From: an uncultured Acidimicrobiales bacterium
GTDB taxonomy: Bacteria > Actinomycetota > Acidimicrobiia > Acidimicrobiales > UBA10347
Assembly: GCA_943788915.1 (NCBI GenBank)
Contig: CALSSD010000010.1
Coordinates: forward strand, 1 to 64,000
Direction of reading: 5' to 3'
Length of the DNA: 64,000 nucleotides
In this document: positions 20,747 through 30,826 of the stretch, piece after piece
Numbering within the stretch: the stretch's first letter is position 1
Layout of the letters: the number at the start of each line of letters is the position of its first letter
Notes under the pieces: generated by a model
What the model saw: only the letters and a program-made list of their open reading frames with translations
The model's database searches: none
What the model was told of the DNA's origin: nothing
Position numbers and translations under genes: made by a program

Positions 20747-21772
20747 TTAACCCAGCTGGTTGCGCACTTGCGGGAGGACCTCGGTGGCCAGTCGGTCCAG
20801 GTTACGGGCCATGAAGTCGGGATCGACTCCCGGTGGCAGTCCCGAGGATGCAATATCGGTGATGCCGAACTCGCGGACGAAATGCACGATCTCGGCGACA
20901 CATTCGTCGACCGTCCCCATGAATGCTCCCTGAGGAATACCGCCTGGCTCACGCCAGCCGTAGTCATCGGGCGTTGCTTCCATGAAGTCGGTATAGACAC
21001 TCATACGAAACCGCTCGGCGTTTCTGATCGTTGGCCAGTCCCGCTCACGGTCGTCGGTGACATAGAACGAACGGATGATGCCTACTCGGCGATCCATCGG
21101 GTTGGCCCCGGTCTGTTTGACCGCTTCGCGATAGGGATCAAGGACGTCGGCCCGTTTGCCTTGAGGTAGCAGGTTGGTCTCGAATCGAGCGGCGCGAAGA
21201 GCGCCCGGGGTGCTCATGGCCGCGATCCACAGTGGCGGACCTCCCGGCTGCACCGGCTTCGGATGCACATCAATATCGGTGAGCGTGTATCGCTTGCCAC
21301 TAAAGCTGAATGGCTCGTCTGCCCATGCCAGCCGCAGTATCTGGATGCCCTCTTCGGTCATCGACACTCGGTTCTTGAGCGGTACGCCAAAGGCAGCGAA
21401 TTCCTCGGGGACGTATCCCATGCCGATGCCGAACTCCATACGGCCATGGCTGATGTGATCAAGAATGGCGAGTTCTTCAGCCAGCCGAATCGGGTGATAG
21501 AGCGGCATCAGCGCAATGTCGGTTGAAATCCGAATGTTCTCGGTGCGTGCGGCAATCGCGCCCGCCAGAGGCTGAAACGCTGGCAGGTAACCATCGGCGA
21601 GGAAGTGGTGTTCGGTGAACCACACATGGTCGAATCCGAGCTGATCGGCGAGTACCGCCTGGTTGATCGTGGCGTCGTACACGTCGGTCATCGACATGCT
21701 GGAATCGGGGGTGCGGCGACAGTCGTACATCACCCCAAAACGCAGTGGCAGAGTTGCTTGGTGTGGATTCAT
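20747..21772 (-). CDS. LLM-class flavin-dependent oxidoreductase
   Basis: GFDHVWFTEHHF, HPIRLAEELAILD and PKPVQPGGPPLW. Confidence 0.9.
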   Translation of the reverse strand: MNPHQATLPLRFGVMYDCRRTPDSSMSMTDVYDATINQAVLADQLGFDHVWFTEHHFLADGYLPAFQPLAGAIAARTENIRISTDIALMPLYHPIRLAEELAILDHISHGRMEFGIGMGYVPEEFAAFGVPLKNRVSMTEEGIQILRLAWADEPFSFSGKRYTLTDIDVHPKPVQPGGPPLWIAAMSTPGALRAARFETNLLPQGKRADVLDPYREAVKQTGANPMDRRVGIIRSFYVTDDRERDWPTIRNAERFRMSVYTDFMEATPDDYGWREPGGIPQGAFMGTVDECVAEIVHFVREFGITDIASSGLPPGVDPDFMARNLDRLATEVLPQVRNQLG

Positions 21773-21784
21773 CGCAACAGGCTC

Positions 21785-22660
21785 CTAGGAGAACTCGGGG
21801 TCGGCCCACCATGGGAAATAATCCGGCAGATCCGTGGATGGCTTGAGCGTGTAGTTCGGGTCACGCTTCTCGAGGAATGACTCGACGCCTTCGCGAGCGT
21901 CGGCCGAACCGCCCATGTATTGCACGCCTCGGCTGTCGATCTTGTGGGCCTCCATGGGATGTCCGACGTCGAGCATGCGCCACAACATGTGGCGAGTCAG
22001 GGTTACCGATACAGCGCTGGTGTTCTTCGCGATCTTGGTAGCGAGCGCACGGGCCGTTGCCATGAGTTCGTCGGCCGGAACGATAGAACGCACCAAGCCG
22101 CCGTCGAGTGCTTCGGCTGCGTCGAAGACTTCGCCGGTGTAACACCACTCGGTTGCCCGGCTAATGCCGACGACGCGCGACAAGAAATAGGACGAGCATG
22201 CCTCGGGCACGATGCCGCGACGAGCAAACACGAAACCAAACCGGGCGTTCTCGCTGGCGATGCGAATGTCCATGGGCAACATCGATGTGACACCCACGCC
22301 GACCGCAGCGCCGTTGACTGCCGCAATGGTTGGCTTCAGGCATTCGTAGATACGCAGGCTCACCAGACCCCCACCGTCTCGGTGGACGTCGTTGACGATT
22401 CCGCCATCGGCGTTGACATCGCGGTCGAAGGTTTCTCCGCCACCACTCAGGTCAGCACCGGCGCAGTATGCGCGGCCAGCACCGGTAAAGATGATGACTC
22501 GAACCTCGTCATCGGCGTCGGCATGGTCCAGCGCATCGATGATCTCGTCTCGCATTCGGTTGTTGAATGCGTTCAACTTCTCCGGCCGATTCAGCGTGAT
22601 CGTCAAGATGTTGTCCTCGACGTCGTACAGGATGGTTTCATAGGTCGGGTTCGATGCCAT
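21785..22660 (-). CDS. Crotonase/enoyl-CoA hydratase family protein
   Basis: LNRPEKLNAF, YCAGADLS and FARRGIVPEACSS. Confidence 0.92.
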   Translation of the reverse strand: MASNPTYETILYDVEDNILTITLNRPEKLNAFNNRMRDEIIDALDHADADDEVRVIIFTGAGRAYCAGADLSGGGETFDRDVNADGGIVNDVHRDGGGLVSLRIYECLKPTIAAVNGAAVGVGVTSMLPMDIRIASENARFGFVFARRGIVPEACSSYFLSRVVGISRATEWCYTGEVFDAAEALDGGLVRSIVPADELMATARALATKIAKNTSAVSVTLTRHMLWRMLDVGHPMEAHKIDSRGVQYMGGSADAREGVESFLEKRDPNYTLKPSTDLPDYFPWWADPEFS

Positions 22661-22719
22661 CTCCTGAGCGTGGCCGCTAGAAGGTCTCGGTCCCAAATGC
22701 ACCGCACATGCATTTTGAC

Positions 22720-23472
22720 ATGAGTAAGCCGAGCCGCCATGGTGACGAGGTGGAATTCACCGATGCGTTGCGAGCCCAGATCACACACAACCTCACGCAG
22801 CACGCGGTTCGTGAACACCCACTCGATGGTCGACGTCATGCCGCAGTGGCGCTGCTGCTCATCGATAGTGATGCTGGCCTTCATGGTGACGACGACCTTG
22901 CGGTTGATCGATTGCTCGATGTTGGTGGGGCTCCGGGGACCGAGTCTGCATCGTTCACCGGCCGTATCGATGGCACCGCTGGCGGCGCAGCGTTGCTGTT
23001 GACCCGCCGAGGTGCTCATCTGTCAGCGCATGCCCGACAGTGGGCATTTCCGGGAGGTCGGATCGACGCGGGTGAGTCACCGCTCGACGCTGCGATGCGA
23101 GAGATGCACGAAGAGGTCGGGGTTGAGGTGAACCCCGACAATCTGATCGGGCGGCTCGACGACTATCCCACCCGTTCTGGTTACGTGATGTCGCCATTCG
23201 TCTTCTGGGCAGGGCCAGAACACGAACCAATTGCTAACCCCGACGAGGTCGCATCGGTGCACCGAGTCTCGTTCGACGAGCTCCTGCGCCCCGACTCGCC
23301 GCGTTTCGTTGAGATCGAAGAAAGCGATCGACCCGTGGTCCAAGTTCCGGTGGGTGGCGACCTGATTCATGCACCTACAGGGGCGATCATCTACCAGTTC
23401 CGCTCGGTCGGGCTCGAAGGGGCTTCGATGCGTGTCGACTCGCTTGAGCAGCCCGTGTTCGCGTGGAAGTGA
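22720..23472 (+). CDS. CoA pyrophosphatase (NudL-like NUDIX)
   Basis: LLLTRR..HARQWAFPGGRIDAGESPLDAAMREMHEEVG and NPDEV. Confidence 0.88.
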   Translation: MSKPSRHGDEVEFTDALRAQITHNLTQHAVREHPLDGRRHAAVALLLIDSDAGLHGDDDLAVDRLLDVGGAPGTESASFTGRIDGTAGGAALLLTRRGAHLSAHARQWAFPGGRIDAGESPLDAAMREMHEEVGVEVNPDNLIGRLDDYPTRSGYVMSPFVFWAGPEHEPIANPDEVASVHRVSFDELLRPDSPRFVEIEESDRPVVQVPVGGDLIHAPTGAIIYQFRSVGLEGASMRVDSLEQPVFAWK

Positions 23473-23569
23473 TCACAACCCGCGATACTGGCGCTCTTGC
23501 TGCACAAAGACATGAGTTGACAATGGGTGACCAAACCGAACCGACGGGCACGTCGGGTCCTCGTCGCGC

Positions 23570-24973
23570 ATGGCTGAAGCCTTGGCGTACGTGATAGCAA
23601 CGACACCACCTGAGTCCTACGCAACGGATCGGCGGTATCAACGCGTCCTACTTGTGGTCGTCATGCTTGCGGTCACAGCGTTTGGATCTTTGATGACGCT
23701 GATCACGGTTGCCCTCGACGATATGGGTGCCGATCTCGGTGCATCACGAGTGACCATGACATGGACGATCACTGGGCTCATGCTGATCATGGCTGTCGCA
23801 ACTCCGATGGCCGGAACTTTGGGCGATGTACATGGGCACCGCAAGGTGCTGCTCATCGGCCTTCTTGGCGGAGCGGTCGCCACGTTCTTGTGTGGCCTGG
23901 CCTGGAACGCTCCGTCGTTGATCTTCTTTCGGGTCCTCTTCGGCCTGTTCGCAGCGATGGTCAATCCGAACGCGATGTCGCTGATGATGCACGCCTACGG
24001 TGCTGAGCGACGGGCTACCGCAGTCGGCTGGTTCCAGTTCGCGGTGACTGGCGCTCCCACCCTGGGATTGATTGCCGGTGGCCCGCTCATCGATGCCACT
24101 GGCTGGAGGACCATCTTCTTCGTCTTTGCTGGTGTCAGCTTGATCGCGTTCTTGGTCGGTGCGCCACTGTTGCGGCCAATGCCGCGCCAGGTAGGCCGGC
24201 CACTCGATGTCCGAGGCGCAACCAGCCTGGGTCTGGGTGTCCTCGGAGTACTGCTGACAATTACTGAATTGGTAAGTGGTCGATTCGGCTTGCTTCTTGT
24301 GGTCTGGGTCGCCGTAGCCATTGGATTTCTTGCCAACTTTGTTCATGTTGAACGCACGGTCGCTGCACCGATGCTGAAGCTGGAGTACTTGCATCGTCGC
24401 GAATTCAGCATGCCGTTGCTGTCAGCTGCGGCGGTGCAGTTCGCCTACATGGGCGGGTTTGTGATCACGCCCGCGCTGCTCAGCCGACGGTACGGATGGA
24501 CAACAGGCGCCATAGCGCTGCTGATGATGCCCCGGCCAGGGGCTTTCAGCGTGGCGTCGCTGGCTGGAGGCTGGTTGCCAAGCCGTATTGGTTTCCGGTG
24601 GCCGATTATGATCGGAGCGCTCAGTATGGCGGCTTCGATGATCGCGTTTGCTGCGGCGTCGCCGCTTACCGGTGCGGTTGGCATCGGGCTCATTGTGCTT
24701 GGTCTCGTCTTGTCGGGAGTTGCGTCGGGTATCTCCCAGCCATCGGTCGCCGCCATGTCGGTCAACGCCGTCGACGAAGCCGACCTCGGCATTGCGAATG
24801 GCATGAATCAACAAATGGTTTTTGTGGGGATCGTCGCCGGCATCCAGACTATGAATGTGTTAGTGGGGGAGAGTTCAGATAGCGCACGGTTTGTGCAGAC
24901 GTATCTCGTGGGGTTGGGTTTTGCCCTCGTTGGTTTCGTCTTCGCCAGTCTTGCCAAGGATGTGCCCCGATGA
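23570..24973 (+). CDS. MFS transporter (DHA2-like)
   Basis: About 14 hydrophobic segments and motif A (GTLGDVHGHRK). Confidence 0.88.
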   Translation: MAEALAYVIATTPPESYATDRRYQRVLLVVVMLAVTAFGSLMTLITVALDDMGADLGASRVTMTWTITGLMLIMAVATPMAGTLGDVHGHRKVLLIGLLGGAVATFLCGLAWNAPSLIFFRVLFGLFAAMVNPNAMSLMMHAYGAERRATAVGWFQFAVTGAPTLGLIAGGPLIDATGWRTIFFVFAGVSLIAFLVGAPLLRPMPRQVGRPLDVRGATSLGLGVLGVLLTITELVSGRFGLLLVVWVAVAIGFLANFVHVERTVAAPMLKLEYLHRREFSMPLLSAAAVQFAYMGGFVITPALLSRRYGWTTGAIALLMMPRPGAFSVASLAGGWLPSRIGFRWPIMIGALSMAASMIAFAAASPLTGAVGIGLIVLGLVLSGVASGISQPSVAAMSVNAVDEADLGIANGMNQQMVFVGIVAGIQTMNVLVGESSDSARFVQTYLVGLGFALVGFVFASLAKDVPR

Positions 24974-26466
24974 CGCCCGACGTAATTGTTGTTGGGTCGG
25001 GCAACGCTGCCATGTGTGCTGCGATCGCTGCGCTCGACGGTGGTTCAACGGTTGTCGTGCTGGAAAAGGCCGACCCCGAAATGGCTGGCGGGAACAGCCG
25101 ATACACCGCTGGCGCAATGCGGTTCGCCTACGACGGCCGTGCTGACTTGTTGCCGTTGCTTGAAGACCCGTTGGACGAGCGCATCCAACGAGCCGACTTC
25201 GGCACGTACTCCCGCGCACAATTTGCCGATGACTTACACGGCTTCAACGAAGGCCTCGAACTGTCGGTGGAGCAGCGGGCCCTCGTCGACGAATCCTTGC
25301 CGACCATGCAGTGGCTCGCCGACCAAGGGGTTCGTTTCGAGCCGATCTATGACCGGCAATCGTTCGAACGAGACGGTATCCAGGTGTTCTGGGGAGGCCT
25401 CACGCTTGCGGCTACTGGCGAAGGCCCTGGTTTGGTTGACCGCGAACTTGCCGTTGTCGAACAGTTGGGCGGCGACATCCGGTACTCGACAGCGGTTGCT
25501 GATCTGGTTGTTGACGATGGCCGGGTTACGGGGGTCGTGCTCGAAAATGGCCAGGAGATGCTGGCCAACGCAGTCGTGTTGGCCTGTGGTGGTTTCGAGG
25601 CGAACACCGAGATGCGGGTCCAGCATCTTGGCAGTGACTGGGCGCATGCCAAAGTTCGAGGAACGCCGCACAACACTGGGATTGGCCTTGAGCTCGCCTA
25701 TGCGCAGGGAGCGGCGCGTCATGGTTTTTATGAGAACTGCCATGCCACGCCGATGGACTTCCACATGCCCAACTTCGGCAATGTCGAGCTGCCCCATCTC
25801 GAACGCAAGAACTACCGCAAGATCTGCTATTTCCTGGGAATCATGCTGAATGCTGGCGGCGAGCGTTTCGTCGACGAAGGCAGAGATTTCCGGAACTACA
25901 CCTATGCACAGTTCGGCAGAGCAGTGCTGGAACAACCGGGCCATCGAGCGTGGCAGCTGTTCGATGCAAAGGTGGCTGACCTGTTGTATGAGGAGTACCG
26001 GTTTCACGATGCGTCGTTTGTCCAAAGCGACACGCTCGACGGGCTCATCGATCAGCTCGACCACCTGGATCACTCGCAGGCCAGAGCCACCGTTGCTGCC
26101 TATAACGCTGCTGTGGATGCTGAGACGCCGTTCGACCCGTCGATCAAGGACGGCAAGGGCACCACAGGAATCGATCTACCGAAGTCGAACTGGGCCCAGA
26201 CGTTAGACACCCCGCCGTTCCGTGCGTTTCCGGTGACGGGCGGCATCACGTTCACCTATGGCGGGTTGCATGTCGATGGGTCCGGTGCCGTCTTGCGTAC
26301 CGATGGATCTCAGATCGATGGGTTGTTCGCGTGTGGCGAACTCGTTGGGGGCGTTTTCGTTGGTGGGTATCCGGGCGGGTCTGGCTTGACGTCGGGCGCC
26401 GTTTTTGGGCGACGCGCTGGCCGGGGTGCATCTGCGTTCGCAATGTCGGGTGAAGTTGCGCGCTAG
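24970..26466 (+). CDS. tcuA: FAD-dependent tricarballylate dehydrogenase TcuA-like flavoprotein
   Basis: GSGNAAMCAA, GGNSRYTAG, RFVDEGRDFRNYTYAQFG and YPGGSGLTSGAVFGR. Confidence 0.8.
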   Translation: MTPDVIVVGSGNAAMCAAIAALDGGSTVVVLEKADPEMAGGNSRYTAGAMRFAYDGRADLLPLLEDPLDERIQRADFGTYSRAQFADDLHGFNEGLELSVEQRALVDESLPTMQWLADQGVRFEPIYDRQSFERDGIQVFWGGLTLAATGEGPGLVDRELAVVEQLGGDIRYSTAVADLVVDDGRVTGVVLENGQEMLANAVVLACGGFEANTEMRVQHLGSDWAHAKVRGTPHNTGIGLELAYAQGAARHGFYENCHATPMDFHMPNFGNVELPHLERKNYRKICYFLGIMLNAGGERFVDEGRDFRNYTYAQFGRAVLEQPGHRAWQLFDAKVADLLYEEYRFHDASFVQSDTLDGLIDQLDHLDHSQARATVAAYNAAVDAETPFDPSIKDGKGTTGIDLPKSNWAQTLDTPPFRAFPVTGGITFTYGGLHVDGSGAVLRTDGSQIDGLFACGELVGGVFVGGYPGGSGLTSGAVFGRRAGRGASAFAMSGEVAR

Positions 26467-27510
26467 GTAGGTCGCTGGGATTTCGCCAGAGCCTCGGCGT
26501 ACGAGCGTGACCGGCACAATTTCTCGGACAGGACCTGCTAGATCGCCAGCGAGCCGGCTGAAAAGCAGCTCACCTGCTCGCCGTCCGACCTCTTCGGCGT
26601 TCTGCGGCACGGTCGTTATCCCGGGGTCAACGATGTCGGCCGAGTCGATGTGGTCGAAACCAACAAGTGCAATGTCATGTTGGAGACCCAAGGTGTGCAG
26701 AGCACGAACAGCCCCGAGCGTGAGGCCGTTCTGGGCCGAGAAGATCGCGGTTGGTCGCTGATCAGGGGACAGGCTCATCAGTTCGTGGACTGCTTTGGCG
26801 GCATCGTCGGGTGTGCGCAAGTCGGTGATGACCGCGGCACGATCAGCCACTGCTCGATTGGCTGCCGCACCTCGCATGACAGCCTCGAAGCCTGCCCGCC
26901 GTTCGACGACTGAATGGACATGTTCGCGGGATCCAAGAAATGCGATTTTGTGATGTCCATGATCCAGCAGGTGCTGGGTGGCCAGTTCGGCGCCGCCACG
27001 GTGGTCGCTCATCACGACGTCGGCGGGAAACCCTGGGTCACGGTCGATGAACACCACTGGTGTTCCTCGTTGGATCTCGCGTTCGAGAAGTTCAGATGGC
27101 CGGTCGGTGGGGGCTCCGACGGGGACGATGAGCAACCCGTCGACCCTGCGGCCGGTGAATGCCTGGATCAGTTCGTGGTGACGCTCGGCTTGTTCGAGCG
27201 AGGTTCCGCTCAGGATCAGGCAACCATGCGCAGCAGCAACGGCTTCGAACGCTCCGTGGACTGCAGCCATAAACGGGTTGGAAATGTTGGCGTGTATGAC
27301 CCCGACTGTCGCTGATTGAGGTGTCGTGCGTCGAAGGTTTCGGGCGCCATGGTCGGGTTGGTACCCGAGTTCGGCAATAGCGGCGGTCACTCGTTCCTCG
27401 AGCTGACGGGACACGCCGGGTTCACCGTTGACCACTCGAGACACCGTTTTGAAGCTGACGTCGGCAAGGGTTGCCACGTTCTTCATCGTCGGTCGGTCCG
27501 AGGGGCGCAC
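26203..27510 (-). CDS. LacI-family transcriptional regulator (natural end probably near 26465)
   Basis: PTMKNVATLADVSFKTVSRVVN HTH, LVGFD and LVRRGS. The ORF runs on about 260 bp into tcuA. Confidence 0.9.
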   Translation of the reverse strand: MRPSDRPTMKNVATLADVSFKTVSRVVNGEPGVSRQLEERVTAAIAELGYQPDHGARNLRRTTPQSATVGVIHANISNPFMAAVHGAFEAVAAAHGCLILSGTSLEQAERHHELIQAFTGRRVDGLLIVPVGAPTDRPSELLEREIQRGTPVVFIDRDPGFPADVVMSDHRGGAELATQHLLDHGHHKIAFLGSREHVHSVVERRAGFEAVMRGAAANRAVADRAAVITDLRTPDDAAKAVHELMSLSPDQRPTAIFSAQNGLTLGAVRALHTLGLQHDIALVGFDHIDSADIVDPGITTVPQNAEEVGRRAGELLFSRLAGDLAGPVREIVPVTLVRRGSGEIPATYLARNFTRHCERRCTPASASPKNGARRQARPARIPTNENAPNEFATREQPIDLRSIGTQDGTGPIDMQPAIGERDAARHRKRTERRGV

Positions 27511-27527
27511 GGATGTACTTCTACCGG

Positions 27528-27549
27528 GTCTTGACAACGTTGTCAAGAC
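27528..27549. promoter_or_regulatory. LacI-type operator 1, overlapping a -35 box
   Basis: Perfect 22-bp palindrome GTCTTGACAACGTTGTCAAGAC. It contains TTGACA (27531-27536), 17 bp upstream of TATCTT (27554-27559). Confidence 0.85.
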
Positions 27550-27575
27550 GGCCTATCTTCAGCAATGCCCACGTC

Positions 27576-27589
27576 TGACAACGTTGTCA
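27576..27589. promoter_or_regulatory. LacI-type operator 2
   Basis: TGACAACGTTGTCA, identical to the core of operator 1 and 44 bp downstream. Confidence 0.85.
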
Positions 27590-27691
27590 TTGCCTTCGAC
27601 GGCGACCATGTTGGTTGACCGCGTCGGTTGGCCACGTTGGGTGCTCAGAATTGTGGACTGTCACCTTCTAATGAAACAAGCCGTTGCTCGC

Positions 27692-28612
27692 ATGCCTGAG
27701 ACGACCATGACCACATCCCAAAGACTCCTTGGCGCCGTCGAAGCCGGTGGTACCAAATTTCGAGCAGCGGTCGTAGACGCAGACCTGGCAATCGTTGACC
27801 AGATGCGGATCCCGACCACGACTCCGGCGGCCACATTGCAGGCCATTACCGACTTCTTTGGTGCCAACGACGCCATCAGTGCGCTGGGTATTGCATCGTT
27901 TGGCCCGCTCATCGTGGACCCGGAATCGTCGGCCTATGGATCCATCGCCCCGACGCCCAAACCCGGATGGGCGGGCACGCCACTGCTTGACCATCTACGC
28001 GATGCGATCCAAGTGCCGGCTGCAATCCAGACCGATGTCGAAGCAGCGGCTGTTGCGGAACACCAACTCGGCGCTGGCCGCGGCTACGGGTCGATGGCCT
28101 ACATCACCGTCGGGACGGGCATCGGTGCGGGCGTACTCGTCGACGGGGTCCCATTTCGGGGTCGCGACCACATCGAGCTCGGCCACATCCCTGTCCGCCG
28201 AGTCGACGGCGACGACTTCGCTGGTGTGTGCCCGTTTCACGGCGATTGCCTCGAAGGTATGGCCAGTGGCCCAGCCATCCAGGCCCGCTGGGGTGAGACA
28301 CCGTCGTCACTTGGCGGCCGCGACGATGTGTGGAACCTCGAAGCCGACTACCTCGCCCAGCTTGCACGGGTCCTCACCTATTCATTCTCACCAGACAAGA
28401 TTCTGTTCAGCGGTGGCGTAGGCGCCCGCAAACAACTCGCTCCAAGGATCGCTGCAGCGACCAGCCGGCACCTCGGCGGCTACTCGGTCAGCCATGCAAC
28501 GAACGCAAAGCTCATCGCAACCGCAGCACTAGGCAATGACGCTGGCCTGATGGGCGCAGCACTACTTGCCGAGAGCCTGCTTCCTTCCAACTCCCCAAAA
28601 CCCCAAAGGTAA
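27692..28612 (+). CDS. ROK family sugar kinase (fructokinase-like)
   Basis: EAGGTKF, GIASFGP, TPKPGW, ELGH and CPFHGDCLEGMASG. Confidence 0.88.
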   Translation: MPETTMTTSQRLLGAVEAGGTKFRAAVVDADLAIVDQMRIPTTTPAATLQAITDFFGANDAISALGIASFGPLIVDPESSAYGSIAPTPKPGWAGTPLLDHLRDAIQVPAAIQTDVEAAAVAEHQLGAGRGYGSMAYITVGTGIGAGVLVDGVPFRGRDHIELGHIPVRRVDGDDFAGVCPFHGDCLEGMASGPAIQARWGETPSSLGGRDDVWNLEADYLAQLARVLTYSFSPDKILFSGGVGARKQLAPRIAAATSRHLGGYSVSHATNAKLIATAALGNDAGLMGAALLAESLLPSNSPKPQR

Positions 28613-28617
28613 CCAAG

Positions 28618-29625
28618 ATGACTATTCGAGTCGCCGTGAATGGCTTCGGCCGTATTGGGCGCAACTTTGCCCGTGCGCTCCATGGCAACGACCAGATCGA
28701 ACTCGTGGCAGCCAATGACCTTGCTGATGTCAACACCCTGGCCCACCTCCTCAAATACGACACGGTGCATGGTCGTGCCACCTTCGAGATCAAGCACGAC
28801 GACACGGGCATCTCCATCGATGGCCGGCACATGGACATGTACAACGAACGTGATCCCAAGAACCTGCCATGGGCCGATCTTGGCGTCGACGTCGTGATCG
28901 AGTCGACCGGTTTCTTCACCACACGCGACGGGGCAGCGAAACACCTCGGTGCCGGAGCGTCACGAGTCATCATCTCTGCGCCATCGGGTGATTGCGACGC
29001 CACTTACGTTGTGGGCGTGAACGATCAAGACTTCGATGCGGTCAATGACATCGTGATCTCGAATGCATCGTGCACAACGAACTGCCTTGCACCCATGGTC
29101 AAGGTGCTCGACGATACGTTCGGCCTCGAGAAGGGGTTCATCACCACGATCCACGCCTACACCGGCGATCAGTCGATTGTCGACAGCCCACACGGTGACT
29201 TGCGTCGTGCCCGGGCAGCAGCTGCGAACGTGGTGCCTACGTCGACGGGGGCGGCCCGTGCCATCGGTATCGTCATGCCTCATCTCGCAGGCAAACTCGA
29301 CGGTATGGCCGTGCGGGTACCCATCCCCAACGGTTCGATCACCGACTTCGTCGGCATCATCGGCGCCGAGGTAACCGTCGACGATGTCAACCACGCCTTC
29401 CGGTCCGCATCCACGAGTGGTCCCCTGGCCCGAGTACTCGACTACAGCGACGAACCCCTAGTGTCATCCGACATCGTTGGCACCGCAGCGTCGTGCACTT
29501 TTGATTCCGGCCTGACCATGGCCATGGGGAATACCGTCAAGGTCGCTGGCTGGTACGACAATGAGTGGGGTTATTCCAACCGGCTCGTGGATCTGGCTGA
29601 ACTCGTAGGCGCCGCAACGTCGTGA
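28618..29625 (+). CDS. gap: Glyceraldehyde-3-phosphate dehydrogenase type I
   Basis: NGFGRIGR, SNASCTTNCL and WYDNEWGYSNR. Confidence 0.97.
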   Translation: MTIRVAVNGFGRIGRNFARALHGNDQIELVAANDLADVNTLAHLLKYDTVHGRATFEIKHDDTGISIDGRHMDMYNERDPKNLPWADLGVDVVIESTGFFTTRDGAAKHLGAGASRVIISAPSGDCDATYVVGVNDQDFDAVNDIVISNASCTTNCLAPMVKVLDDTFGLEKGFITTIHAYTGDQSIVDSPHGDLRRARAAAANVVPTSTGAARAIGIVMPHLAGKLDGMAVRVPIPNGSITDFVGIIGAEVTVDDVNHAFRSASTSGPLARVLDYSDEPLVSSDIVGTAASCTFDSGLTMAMGNTVKVAGWYDNEWGYSNRLVDLAELVGAATS

Positions 29626-30680
29626 GCTCGGACCCGTTGGTTGCCCGCAATCGCATAGGTGTCCTCACCGGAGGAGGCGACTGTCCCGGGCTTAATGCCG
29701 TCATTCGGGCTGTGGTTCGTCAACAACTGCGTGGGTATGGCGGATCAGTCTTCGGCTTCCACGATGGATGGCGGGGTGTTGTCGAGAACGAGGGTGAGGA
29801 ACTCGATGTCGAGAGGCTTCGGGGGACCTTGCCCCGGGGCGGCACGATTATCGGGACCTCGCGAATGACGCCGTACATGGTCGACAACGGACCTGAACGG
29901 GTGCGTGCCACCATGCAGGAGCGCGAACTTGATGCCCTTGTCGTGATTGGGGGCGAAGGCACTCTTGCCTGCGCATCTCGTATCCACGACGAAGGTATTG
30001 CCAAGGTCGTGGGCGTGCCCAAGACCATAGACAACGACATCCCCGGCACCGAACGAACCTTTGGATTCGATACAGCGGTGTCCATCGCCACCGACGCAAT
30101 CGACCGACTCCATACGACCGCCGAATCGCACGACCGGATCATGGTGGTCGAGGTCATGGGTCGTCATGTCGGACATATTGCGACCTGGGCAGGTTTGGCT
30201 GGCGGCGCCACCGTCACACTTATTCCTGAGGAACCATTCGATATCGAACAAGTCTGCGACCGGTTGAAACGCCGTCATAGTCTGGGCAAGTTCGCGTCGA
30301 TCGTCGTGGTTGCCGAGGGCGCACTTCCTGTGCCAGGAACTATCGATATCGCACCACCCGAAATCGACCGCTACGGCCACCAGCGTCTTGGTGGTATTGG
30401 TTCTATCGTTGCCAGCGAGATCGAGGGGCGCACCGGGTATGAGACTCGAGTCACCGTGCTCGGGCATGTACAACGTGGTGGTACCCCGACCGCTTTCGAC
30501 CGGGTACTTTGCTCTCGGTTCGGCGTCGCCGCGGCCGATGCGATACACGAAGGCTTGTTTGGACACATGGTGGCGCTCAACAGCAACGAGATTACGACTG
30601 TCCCGTTGGCCGACATTGTTGGCGAGCTCCATTTTGTTCCGGAAGACATGTGGCGCACGGCCTCGGTCTTCTTCGCATAA
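29622..30680 (+). CDS. pfkA: 6-phosphofructokinase
   Basis: TGGGDCPGLNAVIR, GVPKTIDND, EVMGR and LGHVQRGG. Confidence 0.95.
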   Translation: MSSDPLVARNRIGVLTGGGDCPGLNAVIRAVVRQQLRGYGGSVFGFHDGWRGVVENEGEELDVERLRGTLPRGGTIIGTSRMTPYMVDNGPERVRATMQERELDALVVIGGEGTLACASRIHDEGIAKVVGVPKTIDNDIPGTERTFGFDTAVSIATDAIDRLHTTAESHDRIMVVEVMGRHVGHIATWAGLAGGATVTLIPEEPFDIEQVCDRLKRRHSLGKFASIVVVAEGALPVPGTIDIAPPEIDRYGHQRLGGIGSIVASEIEGRTGYETRVTVLGHVQRGGTPTAFDRVLCSRFGVAAADAIHEGLFGHMVALNSNEITTVPLADIVGELHFVPEDMWRTASVFFA

Positions 30681-30826
30681 ACGTTCTTCATGACAAACGC
30701 GACATGGAAGAATCAAGTGCACGACTCGCTCAGAACTCGGGCACCCTTGCATTCTTCTCGCGTGTCCACCAACTGCGACTGCACCCTCAACGCCGCTATC
30801 GACCAGATTTACAAGGCATCCATCAC

